Positions 9,852-18,157 of a DNA stretch of 64,000 bases are shown here, one piece after another. The stretch lies in IMG/VR virus record IMGVR_UViG_3300035670_000014, positions 106,949-170,948 of that record; one strand, written 5' to 3'. How positions within the stretch are numbered: position 1 is the first letter of the stretch; each line of letters begins with the position of its first letter. The notes below the pieces were generated by a model, which searched no databases, had not been told where the DNA came from, and worked only from the letters and a program-made list of their open reading frames with translations. A program made the position numbers and the translations under genes. The DNA is from a virus.

Positions 9852-9864
9852 AAATAAAGAAAAA

Positions 9865-9947
9865 TGCCCAGAGCGGGACTCGAACCCGCAAGGCCCTAAG
9901 GCCGGGGGATTTTAAGTCCCCTGCGTCTACCATTTCGCCATCCCGGC
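9865..9947 (-). tRNA. tRNA-Leu(TAA), copy A
   Basis: GGGGA-CTTAAAA-TCCCC arm, long variable arm, GGTTCGAGTCC. Confidence 0.9.
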
Positions 9948-9978
9948 ATTTACCCCAGTGAGCGGGGTGTTCTATCTA

Positions 9979-11136
9979 TCACAAGCGGATGGGCATGACA
10001 ACTGCCATCTTGTCACCTGATTCATCCTGAAACAGGATCGGTGAAAGGGAATTTTCCGCATACATCAAGACCTTATCATACCCCTTCAACGCATCCATCA
10101 TGTAGTTTACGTTGACGGCGAATTTAGCGGCCTTGTGTTCTGCAAGGTAACCGCCTTGAATTATGATTTCGTGATCCTGCGTAAATAGGGTGTCTTCGGA
10201 CACAACGCCGATAGAAATCTTCATTTCGTTATTTTCAGCAACGACACTCACGCATTTATACTTCTTATCCACTAGCCGCGAAAGGGTCTTGAACGCATCT
10301 AAGGCAACCTTTGCTGATCCCGCAAACACAGGAGATTTGTAATAGGGGATTACCTGATTATAGTTTGGGAACGACATGGTATCGTCCCCCTTAATACGGA
10401 TTTCGTACCCGTCAAATCCCGTGAATGAGTTATCGTCCCATATGATAGACGCACGGGTACCGTTTTTACGCACCGTGGGATCAAACCGATATTGCGCGTT
10501 TTCTATGCCGGAAAACAGATTCCACACGTCCCGTGGAATTAGGTAGGTATCCGCCGTGTCATCTTCTGATCTGGTAGATGCGTTGGAGGGTGTTATCACC
10601 GCGTCTTTTTTTAGGGACTTGAATTCGAGTCAATCGGTGTCCGTCCGTTGAAACGAGTGCCATCTTCCCGTTTTTCACTTCTGCCATAACATGCATAAGC
10701 GAGGGGAGGGATTCGTCCGCTGACACGTTAGACGCAACACTATCCGCATAATTGCGAAAGGCTTTACCCGTATTTATCAGTACGGCGTCCGGTTGATCCA
10801 CCGACGGAGGAATCTGGAAGTCCAAAGGCGGGATTTCATTCAACTGGTTGTCAACCGCAGGGGGAAGTAAATTGACTTGGGAAGTCAACGGGGATTTTTG
10901 ACTCCGAAGCCTAAATCCCGTTTCCGTAGCTTCAATACTGTCAAACCCATTAGCGCGTAGGGAGTCGTGCAAAATCACCCCTAGAAAATTGGCATTTTCT
11001 GGAGCTGGGAGGATGTAGAACGCGGAAAATAATCCCGCATTTACACGAATCACAGCCTTGCCCCTTCCGCCTTCACGAGGCATTTTGGGAAGGTGGATTT
11101 TTTCGGGATTAGGCTCAATAGGTGCTTTAATTGCAT
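9979..11136 (-). pseudogene. dnaN: DNA polymerase III beta sliding clamp interrupted by two compensating frameshifts
   Basis: VSTDGHRL, FPNYNQVIP, VNVNYMMDAL, SPILF, VVMPIRL; ATG 11136 and stop 9979 are in one frame (386 codons) but the middle is shifted at G4 (~11061-11064) and A7 (~10606-10612). Confidence 0.75.
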
Positions 11137-11162
11137 GATTTACCTGTGGGGTTATGGTTGAT

Positions 11163-11615
11163 TTACCAGAGGACGATCTTGTAAATCGTTTGATTAGTTT
11201 GGTAGTCGAATGACTCAGACATCTGAATCATGCCTTCAACACACATGTGTGTAAGGTATGTGTGTATTTCGCCTTCGCATTCCCTGAATGAGAGATTCCG
11301 ATCTGCCATTAATTCCCACGGGGTTAGCTTCTTCGCAAGCTCCTCTATTGTCCCTGACAAGCAGGCAACGCCCGAAATCATTTCCGCGTAATTTTTCGCA
11401 CGATCCATGATTAGGGTCATGACCTCATCTTCGCGGGGTATCTTGGGATCGTTAGAACCCGCATAAGGGGGATTAGGGGAGTCAATTAGCTTCACGCTCG
11501 CAGGGGATTCGCCGTAGATTTTTGCCAGTTCACGGTACGCCTGTTCGGGTGAAAGGGCAACCCGCGAGACCTGCCCAAATAGGTTAACTTCGATTACCAC
11601 TTGCAATATGTCCAT
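11163..11615 (-). CDS. hypothetical protein
   Basis: 150-aa ORF in island between the tRNA-Leu copies. Confidence 0.65.
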   Translation of the reverse strand: MDILQVVIEVNLFGQVSRVALSPEQAYRELAKIYGESPASVKLIDSPNPPYAGSNDPKIPREDEVMTLIMDRAKNYAEMISGVACLSGTIEELAKKLTPWELMADRNLSFRECEGEIHTYLTHMCVEGMIQMSESFDYQTNQTIYKIVLW

Positions 11616-11694
11616 GATGATTCTCGGTATTATTTCGGTAGGGTTATTTCGGTAGGATTCGGATAATCCCGTCGTTACTAACGAAGAGAAAGCC

Positions 11695-11952
11695 GTGGAA
11701 AATGCTACTTCGCCGTATCAGGAATTTCAAGGATATTGGTTACAGTATCTGTTGACCAAACACATCAAAGATAACGTGGTCGAAATTGCCTGCCTGTACG
11801 AACTCATGCAGGAGCTGATTTCTAAGCACAAGGGAAATCCGGAATTCGTCGATTTCCTTTATCAGATTCCGGGCTATCGGGATCACATGACGTATCTCTA
11901 CGACGAGCACGGGGATTCGTCCACATATCGGCAGTTTCTACCAATTCGGTAG
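11695..11952 (+). CDS. hypothetical protein (lone plus-strand gene)
   Basis: Fills gap between minus-strand ORFs without overlap. Confidence 0.5.
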   Translation: MENATSPYQEFQGYWLQYLLTKHIKDNVVEIACLYELMQELISKHKGNPEFVDFLYQIPGYRDHMTYLYDEHGDSSTYRQFLPIR

Positions 11953-11960
11953 AATCGCCC

Positions 11961-12266
11961 CTACACGAATAGGGAACGTAGCGGGTGCTTCGAGTCTAGC
12001 AGTGAAGGCAGTCGATCTACCCCTCCTATCTGAATGGCGATTTCACGATTATACATCGCGAGTTCGTGATTTCGATTCTGAGGGTACATGAACCCCATCG
12101 CGACGTATGCGAAAACCGACGCGGCTTCTTCCGGAGTCAGATCCGCCGTATACTCAAAATTCCCGTCGTCGCCGTCGTTGTTGCTGTCGGCAAGGGGGTC
12201 CACAGGCTGCAAAGCCTCTGCGAGAGAAGCTGCGATTGCCGCTGCGAGGTCGTTCATGTTCATCAT
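11961..12266 (-). CDS. hypothetical protein
   Basis: AGGA RBS, protein-like composition. Confidence 0.6.
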   Translation of the reverse strand: MMNMNDLAAAIAASLAEALQPVDPLADSNNDGDDGNFEYTADLTPEEAASVFAYVAMGFMYPQNRNHELAMYNREIAIQIGGVDRLPSLLDSKHPLRSLFV

Positions 12267-12360
12267 CTTGTTTCCTAGATCAAAGGGCGGAAGTGCCTAT
12301 CAGATAGACACCGCTTGTGGAAGATCTTACAAGATCCTAATGCAATACCCTAATGCGAAG

Positions 12361-12444
12361 TACCGAGAGCGGGACTCGAACCCGCAAGGCCCTAAAGCCA
12401 GGGGATTTTAAGTCCCCCTTCTTTACCAGTTTGAACACTCGGGC
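12361..12444 (-). tRNA. tRNA-Leu(TAA), copy B
   Basis: GCCCGAG/CTCGGT acceptor, GGGGA-CTTAAAA-TCCCC arm. Confidence 0.85.
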
Positions 12445-12448
12445 GAAA

Positions 12449-12523
12449 TGCACTCAGCCGGATTTGAACCGGCAACCACCGAATTATGAGTACGGTGCTC
12501 TAACCAGATTGAGCTATGAGTGC
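12449..12523 (-). tRNA. tRNA with CAT anticodon (elongator Met or lysidine-modified Ile2)
   Basis: GCACTCA/TGAGTGC acceptor, CCGTA-CTCATAA-TTCGG arm; lacks initiator features. Confidence 0.85.
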
Positions 12524-12591
12524 AAATTAGCTAAATAAAGCCTAAGAAATTGCCGGAACGGCAATCGGATATTGACTTATATAGCCTCTTA

Positions 12592-12942
12592 TTAAAGATA
12601 CATTTCTTCTTCAAGATCTGTGTTACCGCTACCATTACCATTAGTAGAAAAATCCCCAGCACAACGACTAAAGCCACAACCTAGTCCAAATTTGACAAAG
12701 CTCCCATAGCCATGGCCTCTACCACTACCATCACCATGAAGATCTATAGATCCATGACTTGAGCTAATACCAGAACCAAAGCCAGTAAAGAGTGGCTGAC
12801 CATATTGGTCGCCATTACCATGACCAGTTAGGTAGCCAGATGCCACCCCATGAGCAACTCCTGGACTTGCACCGCATAGCTTATTAGTGCCAGCTGAATT
12901 GCTTAATCCAGCACCATAGCCTGTTTCTGTGTTTTTATACAC
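12592..12942 (-). CDS. Gly-rich (GxGxG) protein 1
   Basis: GYGAG, GHGNG, GFGSG repeats; acidic tail. Confidence 0.7.
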   Translation of the reverse strand: MYKNTETGYGAGLSNSAGTNKLCGASPGVAHGVASGYLTGHGNGDQYGQPLFTGFGSGISSSHGSIDLHGDGSGRGHGYGSFVKFGLGCGFSRCAGDFSTNGNGSGNTDLEEEMYL

Positions 12943-12968
12943 TATAAGCTCCTTAGGTTATTACTAAT

Positions 12969-13208
12969 TTAGTAATCTTGACTTGAACCAGTGCAGTCCC
13001 TGACTCCAGACCCATGAGCAATACCTCCTCCTATTCCTTTCATGTTTGAAGATCCAGGAGAAGAACCAAAACCAGCTCCGTAGCCTTTAGCGTTTTCTGT
13101 CAGATCATTAGATTGATTAGCACAACCGTAACCAGTACATTTATAATATCCATCACCATTTGAAATTCCGCCTCCATAATTAAATGTAATATTTTCAGTA
13201 TGAGTCAT
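12969..13208 (-). CDS. Gly-rich protein 2 (start MTHTEN)
   Basis: GYGAGFGSSPGS, GIAHGSG. Confidence 0.6.
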   Translation of the reverse strand: MTHTENITFNYGGGISNGDGYYKCTGYGCANQSNDLTENAKGYGAGFGSSPGSSNMKGIGGGIAHGSGVRDCTGSSQDY

Positions 13209-13521
13209 ATGTGCCACAAAGAGAGAAAGAGTAAACAGAAGACTTAGTCCTTTCTGCGTTAGTAGGAAATTGATTACCAAATCCCATTCCAGTTAAGTCT
13301 TTATTACCTGGGGATGTTGCCAGACCATCGCCTTCTCCAGTTAAATTAGTTTCACCAAATCCGTGAGCAATACCATCTCCCAAGCCTATAAATTGATTTA
13401 GACAATAATAGTTATCAAGGCTACTAAGTCCAATTCCCTTGCAGTTCTGTGAACCATATGAATTGGAATTTTGGAATTCAAAAGTTTCTGTCATGGTATG
13501 TCCTTCAAAAGATTCGGTCAT
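13195..13521 (-). CDS. Gly-rich protein 3
   Basis: GLGDGIAHGFG, GEGDG. Confidence 0.6.
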   Translation of the reverse strand: MTESFEGHTMTETFEFQNSNSYGSQNCKGIGLSSLDNYYCLNQFIGLGDGIAHGFGETNLTGEGDGLATSPGNKDLTGMGFGNQFPTNAERTKSSVYSFSLCGTYDSY

Positions 13522-13966
13522 TAGTTATAGCTGAGCCAGAAAGAGATAAATCTCCATGTGCCAGGTCGTCACCTCCACCAAAGCCCATAGGAAGTGAAGA
13601 TTCAAAGCCTGAAGCTTCACCAATACCGTCTCCATAACCATTGAGCATGCCATCGCCGGCGGCAAAAGCAATGCCCATACCATAACCTGATATATCAATA
13701 AATCCAAATGAAGAGCCATACCCCTTTCCATTTCCTGTGGAAAGGAAGTTTCCATGGCAATCACTTTCGCCATAAGCGTCACCTGAAGAGTCATCATAGC
13801 CATAGCAACCGCTATCGCCATTGCCAAAGCCTAAAGCCTCTTCATCACCTGAACTATTGTTGTAACCATTACCAAAGCCGGTAAGGAATTTATTTCCACA
13901 GCCAAAAGATGAACCGTATCCGAGGCCATAGCCAAATTCTTTGTTATTATCTAGAGAATCAACCAT
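13505..13966 (-). CDS. Gly-rich protein 4
   Basis: GYGLGYGSSFGCG... multiple ~16-aa GxG units. Confidence 0.7.
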   Translation of the reverse strand: MVDSLDNNKEFGYGLGYGSSFGCGNKFLTGFGNGYNNSSGDEEALGFGNGDSGCYGYDDSSGDAYGESDCHGNFLSTGNGKGYGSSFGFIDISGYGMGIAFAAGDGMLNGYGDGIGEASGFESSLPMGFGGGDDLAHGDLSLSGSAITNDRIF

Positions 13967-13974
13967 AAGTTACA

Positions 13975-14262
13975 TTATTCAGTTTCATAGTCATCAGCGC
14001 CTTCACCTTCACCATAGCAGCTACTGTGACCTTTAGCAGAGCTATAGCCACAACTAAAGCCATTGGCGTTTTTACTTCCAAAACCACAACTCATGCCACA
14101 GCCTGAGCCTTGATAGCCGAAGCCAGCAGCGCCACCTTCGCCTTGAGCAATTCCATTACAACTGCTATCACCAGATGCATCCGATTTACCATAACCCCAG
14201 CCATTATTTTCACAATAGCCGTATTTATAGTCAAGGGAAAGGGTAAATTCAGATTCAGTCAT
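13975..14262 (-). CDS. Gly-rich protein 5 (start MTESEF)
   Basis: GWGYG, GFGYQGSGCG; ends DDYETE. Confidence 0.7.
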   Translation of the reverse strand: MTESEFTLSLDYKYGYCENNGWGYGKSDASGDSSCNGIAQGEGGAAGFGYQGSGCGMSCGFGSKNANGFSCGYSSAKGHSSCYGEGEGADDYETE

Positions 14263-14528
14263 ACTTCCTCCCAAGGTGATTCACTACCGCTTTCGATTAG
14301 ATAAGCGTGTGCTTCGCTTATATCATTGAACGCCTGAAAACCGTTTTTGATTAGATAGGCGTGAACTTCGTTTACGTCATTGAACACTTGAAGATCACTA
14401 CTTGTATCTAGGCGTACTACTGTTTCCTTTTCGTCGTCTGGGGTATCTACGTTGATGGGCATAGGTGGGTACAGGTATATTACCCCTGCCTCAGTGACTG
14501 ACCGCCAGCCTTTACGCAGCTTTAACAT
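14259..14528 (-). CDS. SPWEEV-family paralog 1
   Basis: MLKLRKGW...YLYPP...EAHAYLIESGSESPWEEV. Confidence 0.75.
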   Translation of the reverse strand: MLKLRKGWRSVTEAGVIYLYPPMPINVDTPDDEKETVVRLDTSSDLQVFNDVNEVHAYLIKNGFQAFNDISEAHAYLIESGSESPWEEV

Positions 14529-14806
14529 ACTTCCTCCAAAGGGGATTCTACTTCCTCCCATGGTGATTTATTACCTGCCTTAATCAGTAATTCATGCGCT
14601 TCCAGAATACTGCTAAATATCAGAAACTCGCTATCACTAGCGCGTCGTAATGACTTTGGATATGCCACTACCTCTTTTTTACCGTCTGGCGCATCCAGAT
14701 AATAAACGTACCATTCGGAACCAGACGTATCTCTACCGGGCGGATACAGATAGGTTATTCCATCCTCAGTAACCAAATCCCATTCGTTACGTAATTTCAG
14801 TGTCAT
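14522..14806 (-). CDS. SPWEEV-family paralog 2
   Basis: MTLKLRNEW...YLYPP...EAHELLIKAGNKSPWEEVESPLEEVC. Confidence 0.75.
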   Translation of the reverse strand: MTLKLRNEWDLVTEDGITYLYPPGRDTSGSEWYVYYLDAPDGKKEVVAYPKSLRRASDSEFLIFSSILEAHELLIKAGNKSPWEEVESPLEEVC

Positions 14807-14978
14807 ACTTTCTCCCACGGCGACTCGCTGCCTCTAGGCGAGGGTGCGACGTACCTAACCACCTCGCGCCAAACCGGCGAAAAGCAATCTCAAGCATTTC
14901 TGCCTGAAGCTCGGCCTGTGATTTTGACCGCACTTCGTCAAGCAGTCGATCTATGAGCTGCTTCGTTTCGGTGCTCAT
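14787..14978 (-). CDS. hypothetical protein (MSTETK...)
   Basis: Start supplied by GGAGGCAGT-ATG junction repeat. Confidence 0.55.
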   Translation of the reverse strand: MSTETKQLIDRLLDEVRSKSQAELQAEMLEIAFRRFGARWLGTSHPRLEAASRRGRKYDTEIT

Positions 14979-15079
14979 ACTGCCTCCCATGGCGATTCGT
15001 CGCCGCAGCCGTTGCCGCTGCCGTCGCGGCCACTGCTGTAGCCGTAGCCGCATCCTGTCTGTGTATTATTCTGAGTCAT
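14975..15079 (-). CDS. 34-aa chimeric Gly-rich peptide MTQNNTQTGCGYG...GDESPWEAV
   Basis: Manual translation; begins with MTQNNTQ junction and ends with ESPWE junction. Confidence 0.55.
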   Translation of the reverse strand: MTQNNTQTGCGYGYSSGRDGSGNGCGDESPWEAV

Positions 15080-15081
15080 CG

Positions 15082-15591
15082 TCATCGCGAGTACCCGAGT
15101 TCCCGCAAGCGAATCAATATCATATACGCGGACACATCGAAGTCGCGCGCCAGCTGGTTACCGTCCACCATCCCACGCACCCGGATGGCTGCATGCATGT
15201 AGTCGGTCGGCATAAGGAAGCTGGTAGCAAACCGATTAGCCTGTCGTTCCTGGATGGGGTCACCGCTTCCCCGAAGTTCGGTGTCTCGAAATACCAGACC
15301 GATGGGGTGCAGGAGGATGTGCCCAAGTTCGTGCGCCATCGTGAACCGCTGGCGTTGGTGCGAATCGCCAGCCCGAACCCAAATCTGGCCATATCCAAGC
15401 ACGTCGGTCTTGGCAGCGCCGGCCACGTCCATCACCGAGCGATAGACTGCGATGCCCAAGGAGTTGCAGAGCGCCTCCACATTAACTGGCAGACCCTTGA
15501 CTTGAAGCTGATTCAAAACCAACTGCGCCGCAAGTTGTGGGGAGTTAGTAGCCCACGTTTCCACTATGTTTTTGAGTTCAGTCCAATGCAT
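15082..15591 (-). CDS. ImmA/IrrE-family metallopeptidase (DUF955)
   Basis: LPVNVEALC...RQRFTMAHELGHILLH...ERQANRFATSFLMP...LARDFDVS; start MHWTEL after GAGG. Confidence 0.88.
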   Translation of the reverse strand: MHWTELKNIVETWATNSPQLAAQLVLNQLQVKGLPVNVEALCNSLGIAVYRSVMDVAGAAKTDVLGYGQIWVRAGDSHQRQRFTMAHELGHILLHPIGLVFRDTELRGSGDPIQERQANRFATSFLMPTDYMHAAIRVRGMVDGNQLARDFDVSAYMILIRLRELGYSR

Positions 15592-15748
15592 GCCGACCTC
15601 GCGAGCTAGGTGTTGACTCGCTGCAACCGTATCCGCTGCTATGAGCGCCGCCATAACCACTACCGCCGGTGTTGCCGGTGCCGTAGCCTTCACCGTATCC
15701 GTAGCCGCTGCCGGAGCCGACGCCTGTCTGTGTATTATTCTGAGTCAT
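15578..15748 (-). CDS. Gly-rich protein (MTQNNTQTGVGSGSGYG...)
   Basis: GxG repeats; C-terminus runs into the ImmA start. Confidence 0.55.
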   Translation of the reverse strand: MTQNNTQTGVGSGSGYGYGEGYGTGNTGGSGYGGAHSSGYGCSESTPSSRGRHALD

Positions 15749-16076
15749 AGTCATCATCGTCATCACTTGCGGTGCCATTGCCATAGCCTTCTCCCTCTCC
15801 AAAGCCGAAACCGTTACCGTAGCCATAGCTATCGCCGCTACCATAGCCATCACCGCCACCAGAGCCGGTGCCGTAACAATAGCCTAATCCGTTTCCAGAT
15901 CCGTAACCTTTGCCCCATCCGTAGCCATCGTCATCGCCATAACCATCGCCAGAGCCAGAGCCTTTTCCGCGGCCAGAGCATTTTCCGCGGCCAGATCCGT
16001 AACCTTTGCCCCATCCGCAGCCGAAACGGTATCCGTTGCCGGAGCCGCTGTCTATCTGTGTATTATTCTGGGTCAT
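15735..16076 (-). CDS. Gly-rich GYG/GDG repeat protein (MTQNNTQIDSGSG...DYDSE)
   Basis: Alternating G-x repeats. Confidence 0.7.
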   Translation of the reverse strand: MTQNNTQIDSGSGNGYRFGCGWGKGYGSGRGKCSGRGKGSGSGDGYGDDDGYGWGKGYGSGNGLGYCYGTGSGGGDGYGSGDSYGYGNGFGFGEGEGYGNGTASDDDDDYDSE

Positions 16077-16416
16077 TGTCATCTCCGCAGCCTTCGCCGT
16101 AGCCGTTGCCTCCGCCGTTGCCGTCGCCGCGACGGTAGCCGCTGCCGTAGCCGTCTCCGGCGCCATAGCCATAGCCGTAGCCATCACCGCATCCATGGCC
16201 GCGACCGGGGCCACAACCATCTCCGCTGCCGTAGCCTTCGCCGTTGCCATATCCATAGCCATATCCATATCCGCAGCCGTCGCCGTTGCCATGGCCATAG
16301 CTGTAGCCATAGCCGTAGCCATCACCGCATCCATGGCCTCGACCATCGGCGTATCCTTCTCCGCAGCCATCGCCGCGCCCTGATTCGGTCTGTGTATTAT
16401 TCTGTGCTATCGACAT
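16063..16416 (-). CDS. Gly-rich GYG/GDG repeat protein (MSIAQNNTQTESG...DNDPE)
   Basis: GGAGG RBS; alternating G-x repeats. Confidence 0.7.
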   Translation of the reverse strand: MSIAQNNTQTESGRGDGCGEGYADGRGHGCGDGYGYGYSYGHGNGDGCGYGYGYGYGNGEGYGSGDGCGPGRGHGCGDGYGYGYGAGDGYGSGYRRGDGNGGGNGYGEGCGDDNDPE

Positions 16417-16732
16417 CGCCACCTCCATCGCCGCGACCGCAATCGTAGCCACCACCGTAGCCGCAGCCATGGCCGTAGCCATCTCCTTCGCCGTAACCTT
16501 CGCCGTAGCCGTCGCCGTTGCCGTAGCCGACGCCGCCGCCGTAGCCGCTGCCGTATCCGCTACCGCTACCGTCGCCATTTCCTTTGACGTGACCTTCGCC
16601 GTTGCCGTAGCCGTGGCCGTCTCCGGTGCCCCAGCCGTAGGCGTAGCCGTAGCCGCCTCCCTCGCTGCCGTCGCGGCCACTTCCGTAGCCGTTGCCGTAG
16701 CCGTCGCCGCGCCCTGAAGTCACGGTGTCCAT
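16397..16732 (-). CDS. Gly-rich GYG/GDG repeat protein (MDTVTSGRGDGYG...DSTE)
   Basis: Alternating G-x repeats; overlaps the DUF6948-like gene. Confidence 0.75.
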   Translation of the reverse strand: MDTVTSGRGDGYGNGYGSGRDGSEGGGYGYAYGWGTGDGHGYGNGEGHVKGNGDGSGSGYGSGYGGGVGYGNGDGYGEGYGEGDGYGHGCGYGGGYDCGRGDGGGDVDSTE

Positions 16733-17019
16733 ACGGGTGCCCCCATGACACTAGCTGCACCTGCTTCGGAGCAGAGCACAATCTCCACCACGTCACACGA
16801 AACAACCGCAGCAACGACCGGGGCAACCTTGCTCTCCGCGTGACTCAGGCCGTTCGCGGCAATCCCGTGACAGGACGCTGCCCCGCTCCAATACCAGACC
16901 TTGCGCGCATCACGCAACACGCATGACTTGCTGGCAAGGTCCAGAGACACCAATACTCCGACGTGGACACCCGCGCGGTGGTCCCGAACCAACACTGTCT
17001 TTCCAACAAACTGTACCAT
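16720..17019 (-). CDS. DUF6948-like phage protein, copy 1
   Basis: VLVRDHRAGVHVG...DARKVWYWSGAASCHGIAANG; family recognised from memory. Confidence 0.7.
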   Translation of the reverse strand: MVQFVGKTVLVRDHRAGVHVGVLVSLDLASKSCVLRDARKVWYWSGAASCHGIAANGLSHAESKVAPVVAAVVSCDVVEIVLCSEAGAASVMGAPVWTP

Positions 17020-17082
17020 GATCTCTTCTCCTCTTGTTACGCCCGAAATTGGGCATTTTGCGAACCAAAATATGGAATGTAG

Positions 17083-17328
17083 TTAAAGCACTTCTTCCCA
17101 CGGCGATTCGCTACCGCTTTCAATTAGATAGGCGTGAGCCTCATTCATGTCATAAAATACCATATATTCTTCTTTCCCATTGGGGTATGCTGCTATTTCT
17201 TTTTCACCGTCTGCTATATCTAGATAATCGACGTACCAGCCGTTACCAGTGGTGACTTCCTCTAGAGGATATAAATAAGTTACTCCACGATCGGTAACTG
17301 ATTTCCACCCTTTCCTTAATTTCAACAT
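17083..17328 (-). CDS. SPWEEV-family paralog 3
   Basis: MLKLRKGW...AYPNG...EAHAYLIESGSESPWEEVL. Confidence 0.75.
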   Translation of the reverse strand: MLKLRKGWKSVTDRGVTYLYPLEEVTTGNGWYVDYLDIADGEKEIAAYPNGKEEYMVFYDMNEAHAYLIESGSESPWEEVL

Positions 17329-17564
17329 ACTTCCTCCCAAGGCGATTCGCTGCCAACGCTCAGAAGGTAAGCGTGGGCTTCTTCTATAGAGTCAAATTCA
17401 AAATCATTCATACCGCCGTTGGGATACACATAAATCCCTTTGCTTTCGATTAAAGCATAGGCGTGCCCCCAGCTCTCCCCTTCCCGGTAAATCCGTTCAT
17501 GGCCTTTTCGGTAAGGATTATACATTTTTTCAATTTTCCAACCCTCACGTACTTTCAGTGTCAT
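17322..17564 (-). CDS. SPWEEV-family paralog 4
   Basis: MTLKVREGW...YPNGG...EAHAYLLSVGSESPWEEVC. Confidence 0.75.
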   Translation of the reverse strand: MTLKVREGWKIEKMYNPYRKGHERIYREGESWGHAYALIESKGIYVYPNGGMNDFEFDSIEEAHAYLLSVGSESPWEEVC

Positions 17565-17803
17565 ACTTCCTCCCAAGGCGATTTGCTACCAACGCTTAAC
17601 AGGTAAGCGTGTGCTTCTTCGGTGGATTTACATTTAAATGAATCATTCCCACCATTTGGATATGCATAAACAATTTTAGCATTTAAATCCATATAGACAT
17701 ACCAAAAAGGACCAAACTTAGGGCTAGTCCAGGGCGGGTAGAAATAAATGCTGCAATCTGTTTCCCAAGTCTTCCATCCTTCCCTTAATTTCAACATAGT
17801 CAC
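17561..17803 (-). CDS. SPWEEV-family paralog 5
   Basis: MLKLREGW...AYPNGG...EAHAYLLSVGSKSPWEEV. Confidence 0.75.
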   Translation of the reverse strand: MTMLKLREGWKTWETDCSIYFYPPWTSPKFGPFWYVYMDLNAKIVYAYPNGGNDSFKCKSTEEAHAYLLSVGSKSPWEEV

Positions 17804-17833
17804 CTCTCTTGAAAGGATTAAGTGTTAAATGTT

Positions 17834-18157
17834 TTACTGAGCTACGTCAGAGTCTGCTTCCTCTTTAAGCATAAGTAATGCATAGCCAAGAATATCACCA
17901 TAGGGTGACTCTCCAAAGGCATCTTTCCTGTTAGCAATGCGCATAAGCTTATCAAAAATACGAGCAATAGTTAACATGTCTTTATACTGACTTACAGCAA
18001 TTCCATTTGGATAAAGAATTTCAAGAAACTGCTGGGATTTACTAAAGCTACTTCCATAAGCTTCATTCTTTTGAGAAACAAGATTAGCAATAAATATTGC
18101 AATATTTTGATATGAGTTATTCATAGATTTTACTCTCTGATTACAAGTTAAGGCCAC
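17834..18157 (-). CDS. DUF1599-like nucleotide-modification-associated protein
   Basis: KNEAYGSSF...RIFDKLMRI...ESPYGDILGYALL. Confidence 0.6.
   Translation of the reverse strand: MALTCNQRVKSMNNSYQNIAIFIANLVSQKNEAYGSSFSKSQQFLEILYPNGIAVSQYKDMLTIARIFDKLMRIANRKDAFGESPYGDILGYALLMLKEEADSDVAQ

Larger units (their letters stand above)
15055..16410 (-). repeat. Dispersed junction repeat ATGAC(T/C)CAGAATAATACACAGA, 4 copies
   Basis: Copies near 15056-15079, 15725-15748, 16055-16076 and a variant at 16389-16407. Confidence 0.85.
14259..17590 (-). repeat. Dispersed junction repeat GAATCGCC(G/T)TGGGAGGAAGTATG(A), 8 copies
   Basis: Copies near 14259, 14526, 14549, 14803, 14975, 17089, 17326, 17561. Confidence 0.85.

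Noticed and set aside
15641-16826. Ala/Thr/Met-rich and Ala/Val-rich ORFs (MATATA..., AVAVA...)
   Set aside because: Alternate-frame or antisense readings of GGC-TAC repeats; RBS and junction logic support the Gly frame
14259-17803. Diversity-generating retroelement behind the paralog arrays
   Set aside because: No reverse transcriptase in window and no adenine-specific template/variable repeat pair seen
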